Source of the DNA: Azolla caroliniana | Taxonomy: Eukaryota > Plantae > Polypodiophyta | Assembly (NCBI GenBank): GCA_043228905.1 | Contig: JBHGNT010000004.1 | Coordinates: 248,001 to 312,000 of the forward strand | Direction: 5' to 3' | DNA length: 64,000 nt | Shown: in pieces, positions 1 through 12,286 of the stretch | Position numbering within the stretch: the stretch's first letter is position 1 | How the letters are laid out: each line of letters begins with the position of its first letter | The notes under the pieces: model-generated | The model's database searches: none | What the model saw: the letters and a program-made list of their open reading frames with translations, nothing else | Told to the model about the DNA's origin: nothing | Translations under genes and position numbers: made by a program

Positions 1-109
1 CCTTATCCTCCTTGGTACTTTTGTTTGTGGACTACCTTTTCTCTCTATGGCTAGCCTCTTTGGGTCCTTCCCTTTCTCATGTTTTTAAGTGCTCAAAAAT
101 ATCAATCTC

Positions 110-330
110 TCATACATACATATGTAGTATGTCCTTACCCCCGACGAGATGATAGTACGTTGTACACCACCTGTATTAGCTCTCCAGCTAGTACAAGTTG
201 TAAGAGCAACGCATGTTTGCAAACACTCCTTGCTACTACTTACTACGTACCCCCTAAAGAACACTCTCAAGCACGTCCATGTTGTTGCCCAAGAAACCAT
301 CGACGTGAAGTATTTCGTTGTCCACGTTGA
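110..330 (-). pseudogene. Degenerate F-box-like coding remnant (member of a locally repeated family)
   Basis: Minus-strand frames read ...MDVLESVL*... then, after a frameshift, VVARSVCKHALLLQL, resembling the F-box core (ExILxRLP...ARSVCKxW). The plus-strand DNA tttgcaaacactccttg recurs at ~5197, with a variant near 5485. Confidence 0.3.
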
Positions 331-545
331 AACCGAATAATCACCACATACGAGTGTGACTAAAAGCGACGAGGAAAGCATCGAGGTCCATGGAAATGAT
401 CGTGGAAGCATCCCACTAACGGTGTGTGGAGTAATCCACGACGTCAACCAAAAAGATATAAGATCTTTTTGTTTATTTCTTGTTACACATAAACAACCAT
501 AAGTCATTTTGACAACCTTTTTTTTTCCAAAAAAAACTCCTTCCA

Positions 546-1290
546 TTAGTTATAAAATTTTACAAATGAGACGATTATGTACAAATCCCTGAAGGGACAC
601 AATAGTTCCATCTTATGTGGATGCCCACTGACTAAAGAAAGGGAGAGGACGACCATTGTTGGATGAAGGCTATTTGTTGTCTTTTCAACTCCCTCGGAGC
701 CGCCCTTAAGGCCATCATATTGGCTCTTAAGAGTGGCTACAATTTCACTCCATATCTCTTGCAGTAACCTTGTTGGATGTGCGGTTTGGTTGGAGAAGAC
801 TCGCCTACATCGTTGTTTCCATAGAATCCAAAGAGTTATTGGATTGACCAATTCCAACGCCTCTTGAGATTTGTCATTAAGAGGAGTGGAGTGGACATTG
901 CCGTTGGAGGAGAAAAAGACCTCTTGTGCTTTTATCACCAAAGTCATCCCCTCCTCCTGATGCTCGTATCTGCCAATTGCGGCCTGCCATGATAGCCAAC
1001 ATATATTTCCCCACTTGATTGAGCCTTGCAACTAGCATAATTGCAACAAGCGGCCAACCCCTCGCCATATTCGATGGGACGTTGGGCAACCCCACAGAGC
1101 GTGTCGTATTGATTCTACTGCATGTGGGCACTCTACACAATTAGAAGAGCTAAGGTTCCCACATTGCCATGCTCCCACCGGTAGGGACTTATGTATTAAT
1201 AGCCATTGGAACGTCACGGTAATTCGCCTCGCATGTTGTTGTTCCCACATCGACCAAATCAGTTCAAGCTGGCTAAGTCGGATAAGCCGT
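546..1290 (-). mobile_element. L1-type LINE 3' remnant (ORF2 C-terminal zf-RVT region)
   Basis: ORFs 1032-1421 and 546-1031 are in one frame, separated by a single stop. They contain FQWLLIHKSLPVG, CVECPHAVESIRHALWGC (CCHC zinc finger) and LWILWKQRCRRVF, typical of plant LINE ORF2 ends. Confidence 0.8.
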
Positions 1291-1349
1291 TTAGGAACTT
1301 GAGAGAGTGGGAGGGAGACAACAGACAAGGGGGGGGGGGGGGAGAGGGA

Positions 1350-1477
1350 GAGGTTTGGAAACCGGTTTCCAAGCCGTTTACCAAAACGGTTCACAAACCG
1401 GTTTAGGTTTGAGATCCCCAAAATGGGATCATGATGCCAAACCAGTTAAGCCTAAACTGAACCGTTGTCGATCCCTA
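1350..1477 (-). mobile_element. hAT-like MITE terminus with AACCG/CGGTT subterminal repeats
   Basis: Clustered aaaccgg/aaccg motifs end in aaccgttgtcgatcccta. Its reverse complement, TAGGGATCGACAACGGTT, resembles hAT (Ac-like TAGGGAT) termini. No partner end was found. Confidence 0.45.
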
Positions 1478-1572
1478 CTTGAGCCCTCGACAAATGTCAC
1501 ACCATGCCTTCCACATGGATGCACTGAATCTATCCTCCAATTGGCGGGAGAAACTAGGTTTGAGATCCATGT

Positions 1573-2330
1573 TTAGAATCCATTCCGTTTGGGGGGCCCA
1601 ATCAACCCCTTTTCGTGGCCTAAAGTAAGCGAAACGTAACCTCGATAGTCATTTCTTGGTTGGAGTCCTCGCACCACAAATTTGGCAACATTTCGACAAC
1701 CTTGAGATATATTGCAAATTACATGCGTAAATACCTTGAGCATAAGTATTTGAAACAAGCTAATGAAAGAGATGTACAACTATCCACGCCCCTGGAGATA
1801 TACGGTTCATATCGACGTAACTCCATGTCAACTTGTCTTTTTGCTTTAGACGAATATCAATGCTTCTAAATTTTTCTGTTGTCCGTTGTTGTTTCTTCTT
1901 GTGATTTACATTAGAGAATTTTCCTGTTTTGAAGCTACTCACATGACTTTTCGGTGATTAGTTTTGTTGTTCTCTTTTCAATCTCTTCACTAGGGTTAGA
2001 ATAAGTTGCTAGGTGAGATGGCCGAGGTCATGGCGTTTCCTCCTTAGCCTAGCCTCTTCACTTATGTTTTCAGATATGACGTTGTTTCTATTTTCTTTTA
2101 CATTGTAATTTGTAATATTGCCTATATAGTTTGTTTGTGTCCGTCTAGATTTTGGGCCCCAATTTGTGTCATAATGTCCACGCACACTCCTACTCACTCC
2201 TACTTCAGAGGGTAAGGCAAGTAGCAAGTTTACATTTATCTTCTTTTTCTTTGTTGGCCATTCTAGCACAATGTGCCCTTTGAGATAGCAGCCACAAGTA
2301 GTTTCCCTAGAAAACCAACACCAACACTAT
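1573..2330 (-). mobile_element. Highly degenerate transposon remnant (possibly MULE-like)
   Basis: Minus strand shows a decayed zinc-knuckle-like stretch (TTCGCYLKGHIVLEWP) among stop-riddled frames. The superfamily assignment is weak. Confidence 0.2.
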
Positions 2331-2663
2331 CTTGCATTAGTGTGTACTAGTGAGGTTATAAGTCTTTTAAGAAAAATAAATGTATGATTGAGAAGAAATT
2401 ATTCTTAACCTAAGTGCAATGTGTCCCCACCAATGGTACCAATGTTGAGGGGTTCATGGAATAGCTAATGGTATCCTTATTGTTAGATTGTTTTAGGACT
2501 GAGCAACCATACACTATATTGTTGGCCAGCTAGACAATGGTGGGTGTCCATAATTTATGAGAGTTTCTACGTTACCACTCTTTCTCTATCTAAGGAACTC
2601 TTTCTCAATTTCACAAAACACATACTTTGAAACTTAACAATGCACTTAATTGATGAAATGGAC

Positions 2664-3378
2664 TTTTTTTTTTTCTTCAAAGATTTTCTTCAATAGTATT
2701 AAGAAAAAACATCGGAAGGGTATACAACTTGAGCTTGTCTGCCCATAAGCTTACAACTTTTTAGTACAATGATGTATTGTAATCCTAAGACCAAAGATAG
2801 GACTTTGTAGAAGTTGTTGGAATTTGCCGATGCACACCACCATGATTTACTGATATTCAGAAAGGGTCCATGGAAGTCGATAATGCCATTGAGGCCCTTG
2901 AGTTGACTCTGTAAACAGGGGCAACTTTTTCCATAAGTGAAGAAGCTTCTTCCTTCTTTTGTTCACAATCTTTGGGGAACCATGCATATTGTCATATTGG
3001 CCACGAACTATTGCCAGCAAGTTCTCCCATTTCTCCCATATCTCAAGCAAGACATCTGAGAGGCATTGATCTGTTGCATCATAAAGTCGGTTACATCGAC
3101 ATTTCCATAATGCCCATAACGTTACCGTAGTCACTGTTTTCCAAACTTGGACAAAGTGCACCTACTTTCGAGGTTGTTGAAAGGGGCTAACTAATATCAA
3201 TCTTCTATTATATACCATCATTGCCTCCTGAACATCGCTTGTCTCATACAACATGGAATGTAACACTCCCCACATCGTTGAACTCCATGAAAATAGGCAA
3301 CCAAAATTGATTGTTAAGAATAACGAAAGGACTTTATTCCATACTTGTTGAACCAAGGGACAAGAACAGAGGACACAC
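2664..3378 (-). mobile_element. 5'-truncated L1-type LINE remnant with poly(A) tail
   Basis: In-frame ORFs 3162-3413 and 2847-3161 are split by one stop (CPLVQQVWNK; TLWALWKCRCNRLY) and are homologous to the 546-1290 remnant. The T-run at 2664-2674 is the poly(A) tail on the minus strand. Confidence 0.8.
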
Positions 3379-3703
3379 TTGATCTCACAAACACGTATTT
3401 CAAAACATAACAAGGCACTTAATTGAAAGGAAAGGGCAAGAAAGGAAATTGCACTGAAAATGACAAATATAGAGGGTTAACAATGAATCACCGCTCTATT
3501 CCTTGATCACAACGCTTAAAAATTACCTAGGTTTTCTCTCGCTAACTGACTCTTTGTTGATCTCACAAACACATATTTCATAATGTAACAAGACACTTAA
3601 TTGAAAGGAAAAGGCAAGAAAGGAAAATGCAATGAAAATGACAAATATAGAGGGTTAACAATGAATCACCACTCTATTCCTTGATCACAACAATTACAAA
3701 ATT
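3379..3703. repeat. Tandem duplication, 178-bp period (2 copies), with a partial third copy at ~2607-2663
   Basis: The unit ttgatctcacaaacac...cacttaattgaaaggaaa...ctctattccttgatcacaac starts at 3379 and at 3557. Confidence 0.85.
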
Positions 3704-3918
3704 GGCAAAGTCAATTGGCTTAGGGATACTGAGAGTGATCAAGGAAAGGAGAGGAGTGCTCGGGTTAATAGTGAAGAGAACAATGAAATAGAACCAAAAA
3801 GCTTAGAGCTTCACTTCTTACACTTGATTTAGTAACAAAAGATTTTATAATTTACAATTATCCCCACCCCCCATTTTTTTAGACATGCCTTTCTCCTAAA
3901 GCTTTCTAAGGCTTTTCT

Positions 3919-4902
3919 TCATCTCCTTTTGTGCCTTGCCCAAGTGTGTAGCTTCGAGGCCGGACGGGTGGCCGGCCCATCCGTCGGCCCATCCTTAACG
4001 ATGTCCACCGGTTCGACAGGCGTAGAAACATCGGCATTAACCGAGGTGGGTGACCCTATCACTTTTTCTGTGGTCTCTGCCGACGTTGGAGAGTCTTGGC
4101 TAGGTTCGCTAACTAGGGAGTCAATGACTACACTTGGTGTTTGCTTGTCCTCGGTACCCTCGCCCTTTTGTACATAGTTGTCAAGGGTACCCTCGTCCTT
4201 TTGTACATAGTTGCTTGCCAGGGGACTGACGATTGGATCGGTATTCTTAATACCTCCTATAACTCCATTTTGTGTTGCCACTCCCAATGCTACGATAACG
4301 CTCACACCAATTGCTATCGCCACAATTGCCGTCTTTTCAGAACCACTCACTGAATCAGCTGCGGTTTCCGAGCTTATCACAGTCTCCTCCGAAACATACA
4401 CCACTGCAGGCTGCTGAGGCCACAAAGATGTGACACATGTATATGTTAATATAGTGTGTAAAAGAATGCCCAATTAGGTTGCAAAGTGTGTAATGGGCAA
4501 AGCTTTACGAATAAAGCAAAAGGCTAACGGCCCATGAGCATGGTTTATTACTGCTTCTTCATCAATGGCACAGATTAACTACAGAATAAAATTCCACTAT
4601 AAACTGGACATTGATTAGATAAGCCCATTGAATTGTTTCATACAATTTTTTTGTAGCTTAAAAAGAGTGAGACATCTAAACAAACTCACTTCTGTCTCGG
4701 GGGCACGCGGTTCCTCGTTGTATTCATCTGTGTTTGCAGATCGCAGAATATGGAGGAATCGGGACATGCGATGATCATCATCGGATCGGCGTCCTAGTAA
4801 ATACCGAGTTGCAATGCATTTACTCTGCAGAGATGGGTGGGAAGTAGAGGGAGGAGGAGGGAGGAGCATGTGTAATGAAGAAGAGATTACTCTGATCATC
4901 AT
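3919..4902 (-). CDS. Two-exon orphan protein: plastid-transit-peptide-like N-terminus, single TM helix, low-complexity S/T/E/P tail
   Basis: Exon 1 is 4902-4690 (MMIRVISSSLHMLLPPPPSTSHPSLQSK...ETE, donor GTGAGT). The acceptor is a phase-0 CAGCAG, so exon 2 starts at 4413 or 4410 and runs to 3919. TM segment TAIVAIAIGVSVIVALGVA. TATA-like box at ~5020. Confidence 0.6.
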
Positions 4903-5099
4903 GATGGTGAAGGTAATGGTGTGAAAAGTGCAGACCAGAGCTTTAGTCTGAGTGTCTCATAACATGTCTCCTTGGGGTGGGTATTTCTGTGTGTGGGATA
5001 CCCCTTTGTGTTTGTTTGGATATATAGAGCGTTCCTTTTCAAATGAAGTGTTCAAACAATTAATTCATATCAATCATATTAACATGTATGTACATATGT

Positions 5100-5650
5100 A
5101 TGCCCTTGCACTCTCTGAGCAATAGTACAAGTATTTGCTTGTTGGGCATAAATGTGAGTATAGTACAATTGTACAAGTACATAATACAATGATATCATTT
5201 GCAAACACTCCTTGGTATATGTATATGTATGTACCTTGCCTATTACAAACATTGTGAGGATCCACGATGGCCGAGCCGGCCGTGAAGTCTCATGCAAGCA
5301 CCCCGCCTTTGTTATCCTCACTAGCTTTTAGGCTCGCTTTTCATCTTGAGAGTTTTAACGATCAACCTATTGAATCACACACATTTGTATGCCCCTTGCT
5401 CTTATGGATAGTACAAGCAATTGTACAAGTTTTTGCAAGTTTGCCCAATTTGTGAGGATAGTACAAGTAACATTGTAGTGCCATTTGTAAAAGCTCCTTG
5501 CTAAGTACTTGTAAGTAACATTATAAAGAACCATATGAACTGAGAAACAATAGAGGTGAGGTATTTTGCCACTCAAAGTCATCGACAAAGAAATCAGAAA
5601 AATTACGATAATGACCTGAAGCAATAAGGAGAGCAAGTATCGTGTAGGCA
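5100..5650 (-). pseudogene. Two adjacent degenerate F-box-like remnants
   Basis: Copies of the tagtacaag...tttgcaaacactccttg / tttgtaaaagctccttg unit. The minus strand reads VHMVLYNVTYKYLARSFYKWH and PRSVCK*. A further fragment lies near 6018-6050. Confidence 0.3.
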
Positions 5651-7631
5651 TCCTATTGAGTAATCCACATATCTCAAATGTAAGATGTGAGCAACTATAA
5701 GTTACGTAGACAACCTCGAAATATCATCCACGAACACATAAAATATAAGTGTTTGAAACAAAATAATGAAATAGATATACAAAAATCCACACGATGTATC
5801 ACTGGGCAATAATATGCAAAGGTTTCCCTATTTTTATTCATAATCTGTGGCGGTGGTCTCACCAAGCACTCAAGTTGGGTATTGTTATAGGAGATCCCAT
5901 AATTCTCTTTATTTGTAGCATTGATATTTCAAGAATTTTTAAGGTCAAATTTCTTCAAACATTGCCTGTAATTGGATCAACTTGCTTCATATGATTTGAA
6001 GACTAACACCTAATTTCGAGGATAGTACAAGAACACAGTAATGACATTTAGGATAGTGCTAACTTCATTGTTGGATATTGTGGATTTTGAGTTATTGCAA
6101 TATGCACACTACTCTCAGATGTTATGTCCGTTTCTCCAACTTATGTACTTGTTCCTTGTGATCTCATAATACCAAGGTGAATCTTTCATGGAAAAAAGAG
6201 AGAGTAATGACATTTAGGTATGTGTAGAAACATCATGAGGAACCAACCATGCAACATCACCATGTAACAAAATTGGAAGAAAAGACAATAGTTGAACCCA
6301 ATGGGTGAGGAAGGGTATAGATGTTTTTAGATTGCAATAACATAGGGTTTTGTGCTTTGCTTCATGGAAGCTATACTACTAGGCATGCTATGCGTTCAAA
6401 ATACCCAAGAGTAAGCACTCACCAAGGTAGGTGATTGCTGTTATAATAAGGACGCGGAATAGGATACATCATGGGATAGATATTTTGAATGGACGAGTGG
6501 AAAGGCTTTCAATTGAAATTGATCATATTGTATGTATTAACGTGGTTGTAGTTAGCAATAGTAATGTTTCAATACAAACATCCTCTTTTATTTGATTTTA
6601 TTTACCCAAAAAAACACTACTTCGCATTAGTTAGCAAAAAATATCCTCTTTTATTTGTTTTAGGCTCTTTAACTTTTTTAAGGGAGGAGAAATACCTTCT
6701 CTCTCCATTTATCATGACTTTGTTTAAAATATTATTCAAATAAATAAAATCAAAGCTATGAATCAACATGAATAAAAGGAAATATGGAAGAAACACCATA
6801 CAATATCTACATATATAAACATGTAATGACTTCCTTATTTGAGATTCAATCACTTTCATGATTCCTTATTGTCACGGGAATGTGTAATGGCGCTCAATGT
6901 TCATTCATAAATATATTATAATCATACATGTAGAGAGGCTGACAAACTTGTAGGTTTCTTGGGTTTAGAACTACATGCACATATGTTCGTCGCACATACA
7001 ATGGTGTTGGGTCACCCACCACAAAGATTTAGAGGTTTTGGGGAATAAGAGCTAAATATTCACATGATCAAGATTCATGGGTCTTAAAGGGAGAGAGTTA
7101 GAGGTTTATAGTTTCAAGGATTTGAGACAATGTACTCATTTGTTTGCAGGTTGTTTGATAGGTGTGCTATCTACACATTATATAGGTTTGATGGTGTCAA
7201 GGAGTTGAAACGATGTATTCATCATCTATTCATGAAGTATATGTTTGTTGTGTGTGGATCATACATGACAAGTTTGTAGATTCCAAAAAGAAAAAGGTGA
7301 TAAGTAAAGGTGTCACATTCAAGGACTTTTCAAAGTATGTATACATACTTGTGTTCATGGGCCATATGATATGTGAATCATACATGATGGACGGAACCTA
7401 TATAAGGATGTTTAAAACAAATTGCAATCAAATTAAAAAAATTGGTACTAAGAGGAAATTTCATTGCTCCTTTTTTAAATCTATTTTTGTAGAAGGGTGT
7501 CAAAAATAGTAGAAGCATAGGCATAATTGTTTTTTTAAAATAAGTGCCTAGAGGGATATCCATGTGTAATGTCGGGGATGGACGAAATGTAGCATACTAC
7601 CACTTGTGATTGGAGGAGTGTGTCTAGTGGG

Positions 7632-7770
7632 TTTTTAATGTTTTTTTTTTTTTCTTTCTATTTTTTAGGCTTATTTAACTCATAATAAATAGTTAATCCA
7701 AAAGTATGGTATTTATCATTCTTTGAGGGTATTTATGAATGCGAATGCACGTATGGTACGTATGGTTCAT
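7632..7770 (-). mobile_element. Fragment of the non-autonomous TIR element family also found at 35555 and 60563
   Basis: The reverse complement reads atgaaccatacgtacca...ccctcaaagaatgataaataccatacttttggattaactatttattatgagttaaataagcctaaaaaat, closely matching 60563-60690 and 35559-35645. Confidence 0.75.
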
Positions 7771-8299
7771 TCATACTATGATGGAAACCATAGTATGTAA
7801 TATACTCGAATGCATTGGCAAAACATTCTTTTTATACGAATTCAAACGAATACGTATGTTATCAAAACATTCTTATGTTTTTTTATACCTTTTACCTTAA
7901 CTTTCTTACCTTAAAAAAATTTTACCTTAGAATACATAAATAATGAATACAAAAGTATGGTATTTACCATACTTCGCGGGTGTTTTCCATACTCGAATGA
8001 TTGACCAAACGATGTGTATGACTGGATTTAATGTTACCAATCACCCTCAGTTCACAGAAGATCCGCTCTGATTTATATTAATAATAATTATGATGATGGT
8101 GTGGAGAAGAGGAGAGCGAATGAATGAATATATGTATATGCACATGTTACATGTATCGATCGTCTCTGTTTCCAATACTTTTTCGAAAAGAAGCCGTTGC
8201 TGCTGCTTTTAGCCCCGTTTCTTCAAAACCACACACAGGTAGCAGCAGTAGGCCCATCATTCCCAAAACCTCATCATTTCAATTCCAACTTCGGTCCAT

Positions 8300-9215
8300 A
8301 TGGGTGGATCCAAGCAAAGCAAGAGACTCCTACAAGCAGCCCAGAAGGTGAAAACCAAACGAATTTCTTGCATTCATATGCCTAATGCTGTGTTTGTTTT
8401 TCTGTATCCTTTCGGTCCCCTGTTTCAAAAGCTTCGGCTGAATCTGTACGCAGATCTCTGAGAGGGAGGAAATAATAGAGAAGAAGATTAAAGCCATTGA
8501 GGTTCACCTCTTGGGCTACGGAGATCAGATCAGGAAATCCCCTAGTGATGCTTTGAAAGCTCATGCCCTCCTCCTCCTCAAGCAGAAAAGAAGGTATTAT
8601 ATGCATACATATGATCGCACGTACATATAAAATGTATTTACCTGTAGATGTAGATGCACATGTATGTATTCATGACTGTATGTATAACTCCATATGCGTT
8701 GGAATCTATGTATTTGTAGATTTAAAGGCCTCTGTGTGTTTATCTATGTATGTATACCTGTACGTATGTGTTTGTATATACGTCTCTATGTGTGTTTATA
8801 TGTATGGATGTTCATTTATGTACTCTATGTGTGTTTGCATCTCTCTCTCTCTCTCAGTCTATGTATATCTCTTATGAATGCGTGTTTGTATATTTGTATG
8901 TATGCATAGCACATATTTGTAGGCCAGGAAACAAGGTAATAGATGTTTGTGTTAGGTACGAGGTTCAGAAGAGCTTGCTATGCAAACAGAGATCAAAGAT
9001 CGAGCACATTGTGGCTGCATCAGAGAGATTGAAGAAAGAGCAGAAATCTGTAAGGATGAGAAGACATATCTCTTGAAAGTTTTGTTTAGCAAATAATGGA
9101 TCACATGTTGATTTTGTAAGCCCTTTGGTTTTCTTTCTTTTCCCAGATATTTGAAAGAATCGGGTGCTTGATGCCATGGAACATGTGTAGGAGTACTAGT
9201 ACTGATGCTACGTAA
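8300..9215 (+). CDS. Diverged, C-terminally truncated VPS60/CHMP5-like (Snf7/ESCRT-III) protein, ~116 aa
   Basis: Exons 8300-8347 (MGGSKQSKRLLQAAQK), 8454-8593 (ISEREEIIEKKIKAIEVHLLGYGDQIRKSPSDALKAHALLLLKQKR), 8956-9049 (RYEVQKSLLCKQRSKIEHIVAASERLKKEQKS) and 9147-9215 (IFERIGCLMPWNMCRSTSTDAT*). All introns are GT-AG and the frame is intact. Matches the recalled VPS60 pattern EKIKKLD.EL..YKEQIKK...AIKARAMRVLKQKRMYEGQRDML. Confidence 0.7.
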
Positions 9216-10827
9216 GCAACGTGGGCACTTACAGGGTTTTATAAAAATTTACAAATGATGAAATGATAGCTACGAAAATTCAAGCCACATTCGTTCCTGA
9301 TTGATGTTCAACAGCACTTGAGAATAATCTAGAAGAATAATGTCTTTGATTCGGCTCCAACCCTGAAAGATGAGCTTTCAAAATTTTGACCTGCATTCAA
9401 TGAGCAATTCCTCCAAAGAATGTCAAACAAAACGTTGAGCGAACTTTGGTTGTTGCTTTGGCATAACTTATTGTGCGCTACTACTAATAATAGTAAAACT
9501 TTAGAAGCCCCTAGCATTACTCTTGCGTTTGCACCACCAACTGTATAACCTACTAACATCACACTACAGTTAACATTTTGCCCCTCTTTTGTAAGTACTG
9601 TAAATATGAGTATTTTATCTCCATGTCCACTTGCGCTCACACATAGAATATTTTTTTAAGCAAATGGTTGCAAGGAACACGACATCACATGGGAGGCCAC
9701 TAGAGGTATGCTGGCAGCTATGAGGATCTCATAACAAACAATGCTAAAATATTGGGCAGATGACAGCCTATGCCAAAAATGAGGCTTGTTGAGAGATGTA
9801 TAGTATGATAGTTCATTCTCAATTCAGAGGCATGCAGCCAATTGCCTATAAATCAATGGAGACTCCAGAAATACCTTTGAAGTGGCAATCTGCAGGTGTC
9901 TTCTATATACAATGCTTTCATTGTAGGTGAGCCTACATATCAATGTAAATTTAAGTACATGCATCCGTGCATATACACATTTTGTTCACAATTTCTCTTG
10001 AAACATGGCTTGCTATTATAATTGCACTCAAATAGAATATACTACATTCCAACACCACCTCTACTATTTTATTACATTAATTTCCATTTATGTGGATTTG
10101 ATAAAGTTCAAAAAACTAATAACTTGATAATGTAGAGACATAGCTTGATCCATACTCCAATAGAGAGTTCCAGAGTGTTGTCCAATTAGTAGGTATTGTC
10201 ATGAGTCATATAATGTCTTTTTGACAAAGTTGTACTTGACAAAGTAAACAGGCTCACAACCTCACATATCACACACTCTGAAATGGACACATTCCTTTCA
10301 TGGAAAATGAACACGTTTATGGGCATAGTGCTTTGAAGGTTGATGGTATAATGTGCAAGGATTCCCTTAGGGTACTGGTAAGAATATGCTACTGATCTGT
10401 TTTCTTTGATGATGTTGACTACATACATAGGGGTTTTTTCACGATGTTGTCATTAGGAGCATTAGTTAGTGTTATTCTGGAGATTACAAAACTTGAGCTA
10501 TCTGGAGAAGTTTTATTGTTCTTAAATGAGAGGCTGGACCATAATTCAATAGCTCTTGTGCATTCGGATATCTGCTACAAATATACTCAACCCCATTGAC
10601 ATATAATAAAAACACATGAAATGGCATGGGTTATATAACAAAAAATCTGTAAGAGCAACACAAGAAATAGTTAGTGCAGGCTAGGAAATTCCCAACTATG
10701 AATATGAAGAATCATGATAACTTTATATGGAGAATGTCTGAACTTACCCATCAACAATAATTATATTGTCTTGCCTAGATCCATGCATACAATTGAGGTG
10801 TGATTAACGCCTTTTTGTCTTGGTAGT

Positions 10828-12221
10828 TCACCTTATATTTGTCAATCTTAATGATAAGGCACCATTATGGTGATGAGTTTTTCCTTTTGATTTGCTCAAA
10901 GAGTCATGGCCCATAAATACTTTCCAAAAACGGAGAGTCTCATCTGCAGCAGCTGATACAACCATAGTGCCTTCTGGACTCTGGAGGAAACAACAGCAAT
11001 GAATCTTGTTCATATGACTCCAAAATATTTACATATGAAATACAATACTCATGAGTCATGACTGAATCAGCAGCATCTCTAAAGTTGTGTAAGAGAAGAA
11101 CAAAACATTGGTAAGACTTTTCCAAGAAAGAGAGGAACAGATATTTGGTATCACACTTGAGCTTGTCAACCAAAAAGAAAAGGAATAAAAACAATAAACT
11201 TTTTACACCAGAAAGAGAAGGAAAGCCATTCAGAGTGGGAAGGAAGAAACTGAGGTTGCAGAGAAATAAATAATTCACTTTTCAAAGCATATAAGTCATC
11301 CAGAACAGATAGTTAAATTGTATAACAAAAGATCCAGGGAATATTATATTATAAAAATTCCATCAAGATAGAAATCATTACAGAAAATGCTACTGTCTAT
11401 CAAGGAAATTATTATAATAATAAGGAAACTAGAAATTGCTATTTTTCACTAAAACAATAACCTGGGCTAAATGTAGGACTCTTGCAGTGTGACCTGTGAG
11501 CTCTGCAATTTTGAGCATAGAAGGATATCTCCAGAGGGAGAGCTGGTTTTTGCTATAGCCATGGCTGCTAAGGATCTCCATATCATGCTGGTTCCACAAT
11601 AGTGCACAAACCTACAATAAATAACACATGAATGCTCAATAGCAATTTCTACGTAAATCATAAATCATAAAGCACAGAATTTGAAAGTAAAAATTGCGTT
11701 ACATATAACCAATTGTGATGTAAACAAGTTGTTGTTCCTGTGTATCAGGCTTATATGTAAACAAGTTTTGTCCGTAGCTGTGATAGTGTATGAAAGCTAT
11801 CCAAACAAGGTCTATGTAAAAGAAGTTGTTAGCAATGATTATATATAAAGGCGTACATCTGAGCCTATGTGAACATGTTGCTACCTGTGATTGAGTATCA
11901 AGGCTATGTAAGCATGTGCCTTTCTGTGTATTCCATAGCTTAATGCATCGATCTGCACTCCCACCTCCAGAGGCTAGTACATTAGCTTGAAATGGGCACC
12001 ATGCCAGAGCTTTCACTGCTGCTTGGTGATCACGTAGCCTGTAAAGATGCTCTGATGTCGATGCCACGTCCCAAACATGAAGAAGATTATCATTTCCTCC
12101 ACTTGCTAATTGCTGGCCTGATACAGACCATTTCAATCCACAAACTTCTTGGCTGTGACCCCTCATAATGAACATGATATGGTCCCGAGCACGCACTAAA
12201 ACAACAGATGAGACAATCCGA

Positions 12222-12286
<65 letters not shown>

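Noticed and set aside
8563-8930. Cys/Val/Tyr-rich ORFs (8563-8877, 8694-8909, 5' part of 8750-9076)
   Set aside because: Low-complexity TATG/TGTG intron sequence of the VPS60-like gene.
9329-9640. 103-aa minus-strand ORF between the VPS60-like gene and CDC20
   Set aside because: Non-ATG start, no recognisable motif and no splice support.
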